Shown in pieces: positions 19,544-27,748 of a stretch of DNA of 64,000 bases. Numbering within the stretch: position 1 is the first letter of the stretch; the number at the start of each line of letters is the position of its first letter. The notes beneath the pieces were generated by a model. It had not been told where the DNA came from. It ran no database searches and worked only from the letters and a program-made list of their open reading frames with translations. Source of the stretch: an uncultured Burkholderiaceae bacterium (GTDB lineage Bacteria; Pseudomonadota; Gammaproteobacteria; Burkholderiales; Burkholderiaceae_E); NCBI GenBank assembly GCA_964476625.1, contig CAYZBJ010000003.1, forward strand, positions 26,802 to 90,801, read 5' to 3'. The position numbers and the translations under genes were made by a program.

Positions 19544-20203
19544 ATGATGGAGCCTACGATGGCAAGCTGGGACGAAGCAGTGGCCAGCCCCGAGCAGCAG
19601 CGCGAACTCAAGCGCCGGGCGATCCTGCGGGTCGCCTCCCGGCTGTTCAACGAGAAGGGCTTCCACGGCACCTCGCTCGACGAGATCGCCGACGTGCTCG
19701 GCGTCACCAAGACGGCGCTCTACTACTACGTCAAGAGCAAGGACGCGCTGCTCTACGAATGCATGCTGCTCAGCTACGGCTGCGGCACCCGCGCCCGCGA
19801 GTACGCGGAAGCCGGCGGGCGTGATCCGCGCGAGAGGATCTGCATGTTCTACAGTCGTTTCGTCGAGTTGCTCGTCACCGAGCGCGGCGCCTACACGACG
19901 ATGGCCAACGTCAACGCCCTGCCCGAGGAGCGCCGCACCGAGCTGCTCGAGCGCCGCCGAGGGCTCAGCCGCTACCTGCGCACCCAGTTGAAGGAAGCGG
20001 CCGAGCAGGGCCTGGGCCGGCCCGTCGACCCGCGGATCACGGCGAACTTCCTGCTCGGGGCGGCGAACTGGGTGTTGCGCTGGTACTCGGAAGACGACCA
20101 GCAGTCGCCCGCCGAGGTCGCATCCGTCTTCGTCGAACTCCTGCTCAACGGGATCGCCAGCGGCAACCCGGTGGTGTTGCCGCCGTTTCCGGACGACGCC
20201 TGA
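19544..20203 (+). CDS. TetR/AcrR-family transcriptional regulator
   Basis: Carries the N-terminal TetR HTH: RRAILRVASRLFNEKGFHGTSLDEIADVLGVTKTALYYYV. Confidence 0.9.
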   Translation: MMEPTMASWDEAVASPEQQRELKRRAILRVASRLFNEKGFHGTSLDEIADVLGVTKTALYYYVKSKDALLYECMLLSYGCGTRAREYAEAGGRDPRERICMFYSRFVELLVTERGAYTTMANVNALPEERRTELLERRRGLSRYLRTQLKEAAEQGLGRPVDPRITANFLLGAANWVLRWYSEDDQQSPAEVASVFVELLLNGIASGNPVVLPPFPDDA

Positions 20204-20207
20204 AGCG

Positions 20208-20263
20208 CAAAATGGGGTCAGACCCCATTAAGGAATGCATTAATGGAGTCTGACCCCATTTTG
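20208..20263. repeat. Palindromic REP-like element, copy 1
   Basis: AAAATGGGGTCAGACCCCATTAAGGAATGCATTAATGGAGTCTGACCCCATTTT is an imperfect 56-nt palindrome lying exactly between two convergent stop codons. The same AAAATGGGGTCAGAC(A/C)CCATT core recurs at 32719-32779. Confidence 0.8.
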
Positions 20264-20264
20264 C

Positions 20265-22406
20265 TCAGTGCTCGCGCAGGCTGACCACCGCATCGAGCAC
20301 CTGCACGCCGGCGCCCCGCGGGCCGACCCAGACCGGATTGAGTTCGATCTCCTCGATGCCATGGCCGTGCGCGGCAACCAGCGCCGACAGCGATTCGACC
20401 AGCGCACCGAGCGCGTCGACATCGTAGCCGCCATGGCCGCGCATGCCCGCGAACAGTGGCGCGCTGCGCAAGCCCGCGACCAGTTCGGCCGCCGTCCGCG
20501 AGTCAGCCGGCAGCATGGCGCGGCCGACATCGTGGAAGAATTCGATGTGGATGCCGCCGAGCCCCAAGGTGAGCATGTAGCCGAACACCGGGTCGCGGCT
20601 GACGCTGACCAATGCCTCGAGCCCGCCGGCCGGCGCCATCCGCTCGACGAGCACGCCATCGATCCTGGCCTGCGGCCGCGCCTGCAGGACCGCCGCGACA
20701 ATCCGCTCGTAGGCGGCGACCGCGGCCGCCGGATCGGCGATGCCGAGCGCGACGCCGCCGACATCGGTCTTGTGCACGATATCGCGGCTGACGATCTTCA
20801 TCGCCACCGGCAGGCCGACCGAGCCAGCGGCCCGGCCCGCGTCCGCCGCACTGGCGACGACGCGCGCCGGCGGGACCGGCAGGCCCGCCTCGCGCAACAG
20901 CGCCTTGCCCTCGGGTTCGGACAGCGCGCGGATCGATAGCGCCGCGGGCCCGATGCCCTGGGTGAGCAGCAGGGGATCGGGCCGATCGGCGCAATCGGCC
21001 AACCAGCGTCCGTAGGCGATCCAGCGCCGGATCGCCTTGCCCGCATTGCGCGCGCTGCGCATCGGCGTCATGCCGGCGTCGGCGAAGACCCGATAGCCCT
21101 CGCCGAGCCGCTCGCTCATCCAGATCGGCACGATCGGGGTGCGGGTACGCGACTGGATCTCGACGAAGCGCCGCGCCGTGCCGCCGGTGACCGCCCCGTA
21201 GTCGATCGCGAACGGCAGGATGACGAGGCCCACCGAGGGATCCTCGGCAACGGCGAGCAGCGTGTCGTCGATGACCTGCGGATCGGACAGCGTCACCGTC
21301 GTGGTATCCACCGGATTGCCGACGGCGGCGTAGCTCGGCAGCCGCGAACGCAGGCGCTCGAGCGTGGCCGGCGCGAACTCGGCAAGCTCGACGCCGGCGG
21401 CGCCGAGGATGTCGGCGGTCAGCGCGCAGGCGCCGCCGCTCGAGCCATAGACCGCGATCTTCTCGTTCCCCCGCGGCTGCGCGCGGGCGAAGAGCACGCC
21501 GAGGTCAACGAGCTCGTCGGCGTCGTCGACCTCGGCGATGCCGAGCTGGGCGAACACCGCCGAGTTGATGTCGGCCGCGCCGGTGATCGATGCGGTATGC
21601 GAGGCCGCCGCCTTCATGCCGTACTCGGAGCGACCGATCTTGAGCAGTCCGAGGCCCCGGCCGCTGCGGGTCGTGGCCAGCGCCGCGGCGACGAAGCGGC
21701 GGCCGTCATTGACGCCCTCGAGCAGGGACAGCACCCCACGCACTTCGGGCTGGCGGGAGAAGTGATGGATGAAATCGGCCACCTGCAGATCGGCCTCGTT
21801 GCCCGACGAGGCCCAGGCGACGTAGCCGCAGCCGCGTTCGCCGCCCTGGACCAGGTTGCGGCCCAGCGCCCCGCCCTGGGTCGCGATCGCGATCGGCCCG
21901 GGACGGAGGTCGTCGCGAAAGGCCGGCGAGAACGTCAGGCCGAGCCGCTCGCGGATGTTGACGATGCCCGGGCAGTTCGGGCCGTAGACGCGCATGCCGC
22001 CCGCATGGGCGATGGCGCGCATCTCGGCCTCGAGCGCCTTGCCGGCCTCGCCCTCCTCGCCGAAACCCGAGCTGAGCACGATCGCAAAGCGCACGCCGCG
22101 CGCCGCGCACTGGGAGATCACGTCGAGCACCGCGGCGCCGGGAATCACGATGATCGCCGCGGCCGGCACCACGGCCACGGGCAGGTCGGCGATGCTCGGC
22201 CAGCACCGGCGGCCCTCGATCTCGGCCCGCGCCGGGTTCACGAGGTAGAGCTCGCCCTTGAAGTCGCCGTGGATCGTCAGGTTGTCGAGCGTGCGCTTGC
22301 CGATGCTGTTCGGACGGTCGGAGGCGCCCACGAGGGCGATCGAGCCCGGGCTGAAGAGATCGGTCAGGTCATCGAAGACCGGTGGCTTGCTGCCTGCTTC
22401 ATCCAT
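20265..22406 (-). CDS. ADP-forming acyl-CoA synthetase (CoA-binding + succinyl-CoA-synthetase-like + ATP-grasp domains)
   Basis: 713-aa protein with an N-terminal CoA-binding fold (SIALVGASDR.NSIG). It also has a GPNC.G loop, the phosphohistidine-loop-like segment AASHTASITG, and a C-terminal ATP-grasp (VAMKIVSRDIVHKTDVGGV). Confidence 0.8.
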   Translation of the reverse strand: MDEAGSKPPVFDDLTDLFSPGSIALVGASDRPNSIGKRTLDNLTIHGDFKGELYLVNPARAEIEGRRCWPSIADLPVAVVPAAAIIVIPGAAVLDVISQCAARGVRFAIVLSSGFGEEGEAGKALEAEMRAIAHAGGMRVYGPNCPGIVNIRERLGLTFSPAFRDDLRPGPIAIATQGGALGRNLVQGGERGCGYVAWASSGNEADLQVADFIHHFSRQPEVRGVLSLLEGVNDGRRFVAAALATTRSGRGLGLLKIGRSEYGMKAAASHTASITGAADINSAVFAQLGIAEVDDADELVDLGVLFARAQPRGNEKIAVYGSSGGACALTADILGAAGVELAEFAPATLERLRSRLPSYAAVGNPVDTTTVTLSDPQVIDDTLLAVAEDPSVGLVILPFAIDYGAVTGGTARRFVEIQSRTRTPIVPIWMSERLGEGYRVFADAGMTPMRSARNAGKAIRRWIAYGRWLADCADRPDPLLLTQGIGPAALSIRALSEPEGKALLREAGLPVPPARVVASAADAGRAAGSVGLPVAMKIVSRDIVHKTDVGGVALGIADPAAAVAAYERIVAAVLQARPQARIDGVLVERMAPAGGLEALVSVSRDPVFGYMLTLGLGGIHIEFFHDVGRAMLPADSRTAAELVAGLRSAPLFAGMRGHGGYDVDALGALVESLSALVAAHGHGIEEIELNPVWVGPRGAGVQVLDAVVSLREH

Positions 22407-22451
22407 GCGTGATGCCCTCCGGAGCCCGAGGGGGATTCATCCTCGGGTTCC

Positions 22452-23594
22452 TCATGTGATCGCCGACATGCCGAGAATCTCGCGGCCGATGATCAGGGTC
22501 TGGACTTCGCTCGTTCCCTCGGGAATCGTGCCGCCCCGGGTATCGCGGAATATGCGCTCTATCGGGTACTCGGCGCAGTAGCCGAGCCCGCCGTGGACCT
22601 GCAGCGCGAGGTTGGCGACCTCGAACGCGGCTTCGGTCGCGAACAGCTTGGCGATCGAGCATTCGGTGCGGGCGTTGCGGCCCTCGTCGAGCGCATGCGC
22701 CGCGTTGTACGACAGCGCGCGCGCCGCCTCGACCTTCATCGTCATGTCGACGATGTGCTTCTGGATCAGCTGGAAGCTGCCGATCGGACGGCCGAACTGC
22801 TTGCGCGTCTTCGCGTAATCGATCGACAGGTCGAGCGCGGCCTGCGCCGCGCCGACGGCGCCCATCGCGATGTTCACCCGCGCCGCGTCGAGCCCCGCAA
22901 GCACCTTCGAGAAGGCCTTGCCCGCCTCGCCGAGCAACGCCGACTTCGGCAGCCTCACGTCGTTGAAGGACAGCTCCGCGGTGCCGGTGCTGCGCAGGAC
23001 CATCATGTCGAGCCGGCGGACCTCGTAGTGCCCGCGGTCGACGATGAAGGTGGAGATCGCGCCATCGCAGCCGGGGCTGAAGGTCCGGGCCGCCACCACG
23101 CAGAAGTCCGCGAAAGCGCCATTGGTGATCCAGAGCTTGCGGCCATTGAGCAGCCAGTGGTCGCCCTTGTCGTCGCAGCGCGTCTCGATCCCGCCGAGGT
23201 TCGACCCGATGTCGGGCTCGGACAGCCCGGTGCAGCATTTCAGCCGACCCGCCATCACCGGCTTCAGGTAGGCCTCCTTCTGCTCGGGCGTGCCCTGCTC
23301 GGCGAGCCGGTAGATCGTCCCGTTGGTGATGTTGAGCATGGTCCGCAGCGAGCCCCAGCAGTAGCCGAGCTCCTCGAACAGCATGCCCCAGGTGCTGAAG
23401 TCGAGGCCGAAGCCGCCCTCGGACTCCGGCAGCCGGCCACCGAGATAGCCGAACTGGCGCAGTTCGGGAACCACCTCGAACGGAAAGCTGCGCTCGGCCT
23501 CGTGGCGGTCGATCAGCGGCGTGACGTGGTCCTTGAGCCAGCGCCGAACGTTGGAGCGCAGCAGTTCCTGCTCCGCGCCCAGGTGGTTTGCCAT
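22452..23594 (-). CDS. Acyl-CoA dehydrogenase
   Basis: Start re-placed at ATG 23594 (MANHLG), which has an AGGAGG SD 6 nt upstream. It has ACAD motifs (GLSEPD.GSN, KLWITNG) and the C-terminal catalytic-region YPIERIFRDTRGGTIPEGTSEV. Confidence 0.9.
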   Translation of the reverse strand: MANHLGAEQELLRSNVRRWLKDHVTPLIDRHEAERSFPFEVVPELRQFGYLGGRLPESEGGFGLDFSTWGMLFEELGYCWGSLRTMLNITNGTIYRLAEQGTPEQKEAYLKPVMAGRLKCCTGLSEPDIGSNLGGIETRCDDKGDHWLLNGRKLWITNGAFADFCVVAARTFSPGCDGAISTFIVDRGHYEVRRLDMMVLRSTGTAELSFNDVRLPKSALLGEAGKAFSKVLAGLDAARVNIAMGAVGAAQAALDLSIDYAKTRKQFGRPIGSFQLIQKHIVDMTMKVEAARALSYNAAHALDEGRNARTECSIAKLFATEAAFEVANLALQVHGGLGYCAEYPIERIFRDTRGGTIPEGTSEVQTLIIGREILGMSAIT

Positions 23595-23617
23595 GCGAGT
23601 CCTCCTGTCGGCGAGCT

Positions 23618-24436
23618 TCAGCACATCACAAAGCCGCCCGACACGCCCAGGGTCTGGCCAGTGATGAAGTCGGCCCGCGTCGATGCGAGGAAGCAGACTG
23701 CACCGGAGACGTCTTCGGGACGAGCAAGCCGCTTGAGGCCACGCGCAATCGGGTAGACCTTGAGCATCTTCGCGAGCCGCGGATTGTTCTCGGGCGTCGC
23801 GTCGAGCGCGGTCGCCGCGCCGCTCCCGACGCCTTCGTGCGCGACCGCCCCCAGCGCGACCATGTTGATGTTGATCCGGTCGCGGCCGTGCTCGCGCGCG
23901 ATCGCCTTCGAGAAGCCGATGATCCCCGCCTTGCCGCCCGAATACGCCGCCAGCCCGAATTCGCCCTGCCGCCCGGCCTCGGAAATGATCGAGACGATCT
24001 TACCCCCGCCGGATTCGATCATGTCGGGCAAGGCGGCACGCACGCAGTTCATCGTGCCCGACAGGTTGATCGAGACGACCCGCTCGGCATCGGCGACCGG
24101 CATGTTCAGGAAAGTGGGCGGCCGCCCCCCCTTCTCGCGGCGCTCGGGCGCAATGCCGGCGTTGTTGACGAGGATGCGCACCGGCTGGTCGAAATGCGCC
24201 TTCGCCCGGGCGAACATCGCCGCGACCACCGCAACGTCGGTGACGTCGGCGGCGACGCCGATCGCCTCGCCGCCGGCAGCCACGATCTCCGCGGCGACCC
24301 GGTCGGCACGATCGGCGAACAGGTCGTTGACGACGAGGCGCGCGCCCTCGGCCGCCAGGTCGATCGCCAGGCGACGGCCGACGCCCTGGCCCGCGCCGGT
24401 GACGAGGGCGACCTGCCCGGTGAATCCGAAATCCAT
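23618..24436 (-). CDS. SDR-family oxidoreductase (FabG-like)
   Basis: Has the TGAGQGVG motif, NNAG and YSGGKAG. Confidence 0.85.
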   Translation of the reverse strand: MDFGFTGQVALVTGAGQGVGRRLAIDLAAEGARLVVNDLFADRADRVAAEIVAAGGEAIGVAADVTDVAVVAAMFARAKAHFDQPVRILVNNAGIAPERREKGGRPPTFLNMPVADAERVVSINLSGTMNCVRAALPDMIESGGGKIVSIISEAGRQGEFGLAAYSGGKAGIIGFSKAIAREHGRDRININMVALGAVAHEGVGSGAATALDATPENNPRLAKMLKVYPIARGLKRLARPEDVSGAVCFLASTRADFITGQTLGVSGGFVMC

Positions 24437-24539
24437 GATGACTCCCGTATCAGATAGTGATCGAACCGGGGCTGGCGGCGCGCTAGCGAGACGGCTGGCC
24501 CCGCCGGGCCGGTCGAAGCGGCTGGCCCCGGGATGCTGT

Positions 24540-25850
24540 CTATTGCGCCATGAGGCTCGGCAACCAGAGGGCGATGGCGGGGAACACGGCGATGAGAACG
24601 AACATGATCAGGTCGATCACGATGAACCAGGTCGTGCCACGGAAAATGTCGCCGATGTTCACCTGGTCGCCGAGCGATGCCTTGACGATGTAGCAGTTCA
24701 GGCCCACCGGCGGCGTCACCAAGCCGATTTCGATCAGCTTCACGACGAGCACGCCGACCCAGACCATGTCCATGTTCGCCGCCTCGAACATCGGCATCAT
24801 GATCGGCAAGGTGATCAGGATGATGCCCAGCGGATCGAGGAACATGCCGAGGATGATGTAGACCACGGCCATGAACAGGACGATGTGCCAGACCTCGGTA
24901 TCGCCGCTCTCGACGAAGCCGGCAGCGAGCGTCGGCAGTCCGCTCATCGTCATGAAGCGCGTGAGCAGGACCGCGCCGATCACGATGAACAGGATGGCGG
25001 CCAGGCTCTTGACTGTCTCGACCTGGGATTCCCAGAACTGCCGCCACGACAGCTTCTTCATCGCCACCGCGATCACCAGCGCGCCGAACGCGCCGAACGC
25101 GCCGGCCTCGGTCGCCGACGTCATGCCGGTGTAGAGCCCGGCGATCACGATGAAGATCAGCACCGGTAGCGGCCAGACCTCGCCGAGCGCCCTCATCTTC
25201 TCGCGCATCGGCGGCTTCTCGTTCAGCCGCGGCGCGAGTTCCGGATTGAGCCAGCAGCGGATCACGATCATGGCGATGTAGCCGATCGCGGTCAGTACGC
25301 CAGGCAGGATGCCGGCGATGAACAGCTTGCCGATCGGCGTCTCGGTATACCAGCCGTACAGGATGAACAGGATCGAGGGCGGGATCATCGAACCGATCGT
25401 GCCGGCGCAAGCGACCGTGGCCGAGGCGAGGGCCGGCTGGTATTTCGCCTTGAGCATCTCGGGTACCGAGATCTTGCTCATGGCGGCGGCCATCGCGAGG
25501 CTCGAACCCGATGCCGCGGCAAAGCCGGCGCAGGCGGCAGCGGTCGCGACCGCCAGGCCGCCCGGCAGCCGTATCAGCCAGAGGCGGGCCGCGTGGTACA
25601 GCCGCCCGGTGATACCCGAATGATGAGCGAACGCGCCCATGAGGATGAACATCGGGATCGCCGAGAGCGTCCAGCTCGCGGAGAACTCGTGCGGAACGGT
25701 GCCGAGCTGGCGCCATGCAACCGCGAAGTCGCGCAGGAACCAGATGCCGCAGAACGAGATGAAGATCAGGGCAAACCCGATCGGAACCCGGATCGCCAGC
25801 AGGGCGAGCAGTGCGACGATACCGATCAGGCCGGAGTAGAGGGGATCCAT
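24540..25850 (-). CDS. TRAP transporter large permease (DctM family)
   Basis: 436-aa polytopic membrane protein with typical DctM length and hydrophobic pattern, immediately downstream of the DctQ and DctP components. Confidence 0.85.
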   Translation of the reverse strand: MDPLYSGLIGIVALLALLAIRVPIGFALIFISFCGIWFLRDFAVAWRQLGTVPHEFSASWTLSAIPMFILMGAFAHHSGITGRLYHAARLWLIRLPGGLAVATAAACAGFAAASGSSLAMAAAMSKISVPEMLKAKYQPALASATVACAGTIGSMIPPSILFILYGWYTETPIGKLFIAGILPGVLTAIGYIAMIVIRCWLNPELAPRLNEKPPMREKMRALGEVWPLPVLIFIVIAGLYTGMTSATEAGAFGAFGALVIAVAMKKLSWRQFWESQVETVKSLAAILFIVIGAVLLTRFMTMSGLPTLAAGFVESGDTEVWHIVLFMAVVYIILGMFLDPLGIILITLPIMMPMFEAANMDMVWVGVLVVKLIEIGLVTPPVGLNCYIVKASLGDQVNIGDIFRGTTWFIVIDLIMFVLIAVFPAIALWLPSLMAQ

Positions 25851-25857
25851 GCTGGTG

Positions 25858-26409
25858 TCATTCCGTTCGGACTTGAGCCGGCTCGATGCCGTGCGCGAAC
25901 CTCGGGCGATGCGGTTTGCCGAAGCGGGAGATGTCCTGGATGATCTGCAGCGCCAGGATCGCCGACACCAGGGTGAATGCGATGGCGATCACCCAGCGCA
26001 CCCACCAGACCGGCAGGAAGGAGTCGACCAGGTAGACGACTTCGAGGATCTGCGTCTTCTTGATCGCGATGCCGATGGTCGCCCACGCGATCAGCGCACA
26101 CAGGAAGAAGGCGATCAGCGACGAGACCAGCGTCGCGACCCGGCCGACCGGGCTATCCGGGTCCGGGATGAACAACTCGATGATCAGGTGATCGCGGTCG
26201 TACTGCACCAGCGCCATCGGCAGGAAGCAGATGCAGACCATGTAGATGCTCTCGACGATCTCCAGCGTCGCGTGCACCGGCTTGTGGAAGAAGGTCCGGC
26301 CGATGACGTCGGCGGTGACGTTGAGCATCATCAGGATCGTGATGACCGACGCGAGCGCCGTCATCACGATCGCCGGACCCCGCAGGATCCGCAGGAGCCG
26401 CTCCACCAT
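25858..26409 (-). CDS. TRAP transporter small permease (DctQ family)
   Basis: The track start at 26415 is a TTG abutting the SD. ATG 26409 (MVERLL) lies 6 nt after GGAGA. The protein has four predicted TM helices. Confidence 0.8.
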   Translation of the reverse strand: MVERLLRILRGPAIVMTALASVITILMMLNVTADVIGRTFFHKPVHATLEIVESIYMVCICFLPMALVQYDRDHLIIELFIPDPDSPVGRVATLVSSLIAFFLCALIAWATIGIAIKKTQILEVVYLVDSFLPVWWVRWVIAIAFTLVSAILALQIIQDISRFGKPHRPRFAHGIEPAQVRTE

Positions 26410-26434
26410 GATCAATCTCCGTCCGGCCCGGCGC

Positions 26435-27553
26435 TCAGTACGTCACCTTGCTGAAGATCTCCCGATTCAGCGCTTCTTCGTACCTGGCGCGATCCTCACC
26501 GATCTCGGCGACGATCTTCTGCCACTTCTGGTGGATGGGCGGGAATTTCTCCATCATTTCGCGCACGCCGGTCAGGCGCCGCTTCTCGCCTTCGGCGACC
26601 GTCAGGTCGACCAGCTTGCCGAGGTAGCGATTGCGCGCGTCGAGCAGGCTCTGCTCGGGATCGACCCACGTGACGCCCTTGGCCTCGGACTCCTTTCTCG
26701 CGTTGGCAGCTTCTTCCATGTAGCGGAAGGTGATGTCGGTCGCGAGCCAGGCGAGATTGGACGTGATCAGCTTCTGCTTTTCGGCTGGCAGGTTCTCCCA
26801 CTTGTCCGCGTTGACCAGGAAAGGGGTGCCGCTCATGTAGACCCCGAACGGCGCGGTGATCATGAACTTCACGACCTCGTTGAAGCTGTACGCCTTGAGG
26901 TGCGCCTCGGCGGCGTAGGTACAGTCCGCCTGGCCGCGCTGGAGCGCTTCGTAGGTATCGGTGATCGGAATGTTCACCGGTACGCCACCGAACTCCCTGG
27001 TCACCAGGCCGAACGAGCCGGCGGCGCGAATCTTCCGGCCTTCGAGCTTCTCGGCCGAATTGAAGTTCTCGCGGCACGCGAGGTTGTAGTGCGTGGTCGA
27101 CGCATGGACCATCGCGATCACGCCGTTCTTGCGCCAGTCCTGCTTGCACTGCGGGCAATTGAGCAGCATGTACTCGTTGGCCGCGGCGGTCATGACCATC
27201 GCGTTCTCGCCGACGCCGCCGTTGCGCGACGCGGATATCTGGTTCGGCAGTTCGGACGATGTGTAGGAGTCGATCACGTAGCTGGCGTCGACGAGCCCGT
27301 CACGCACCGACGCCATCGCCTGCTTGTTCTTCGCAACGACTTCGCCCGGATACCACTTGTACTTGAATTCGCCCCCGCTTTTCTCGGCGAGCTTCTCGAG
27401 CCAGGCCTCGATCCCCTTGTTCACCGCATGGTTCGCGGGCAGGGGGCTGGCCACGTTGAGGGTGATCTCCTTGGCGAGCGCTGCGCCGGAGAACGAGAAC
27501 ACGATTGCGGTGGCCAGTGCGGCGACGGCCCGGCGAACGGAATTCGCTTGCAT
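26435..27553 (-). CDS. TRAP transporter periplasmic solute-binding protein (DctP family)
   Basis: Start re-placed at ATG 27553 (MQANSVRR...ALAKE signal peptide) with a GGAGGAG SD. It lies first in the P-Q-M gene order. Confidence 0.8.
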   Translation of the reverse strand: MQANSVRRAVAALATAIVFSFSGAALAKEITLNVASPLPANHAVNKGIEAWLEKLAEKSGGEFKYKWYPGEVVAKNKQAMASVRDGLVDASYVIDSYTSSELPNQISASRNGGVGENAMVMTAAANEYMLLNCPQCKQDWRKNGVIAMVHASTTHYNLACRENFNSAEKLEGRKIRAAGSFGLVTREFGGVPVNIPITDTYEALQRGQADCTYAAEAHLKAYSFNEVVKFMITAPFGVYMSGTPFLVNADKWENLPAEKQKLITSNLAWLATDITFRYMEEAANARKESEAKGVTWVDPEQSLLDARNRYLGKLVDLTVAEGEKRRLTGVREMMEKFPPIHQKWQKIVAEIGEDRARYEEALNREIFSKVTY

Positions 27554-27637
27554 GCTGGTGTCTCCTCCATGGTGAGCCTTGAGGCTTCGGGCCAATTAGG
27601 CGACCAAACTTACCGTTCAGTCAATCCCTTGACCTAT

Positions 27638-27651
27638 CGGTGAAATCACCG
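27638..27651. promoter_or_regulatory. Perfect 14-bp palindrome CGGTGAAATCACCG, a candidate operator upstream of the TRAP/catabolic operon
   Basis: Seen directly in the 195-bp divergent region between the TRAP binding-protein gene and the helicase gene. It lies about 12 nt upstream of a minus-strand TTGACT -35-like hexamer. Confidence 0.35.
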
Positions 27652-27748
27652 ACCGACAGGACCCATCCAGTCGATCGGTCCCTGCAGGCTCATTTGGTGA
27701 GCCCGCCGCCCCGGAAGCTCGGCGCCTGTCCAGGAGCCGGCTGCCACC

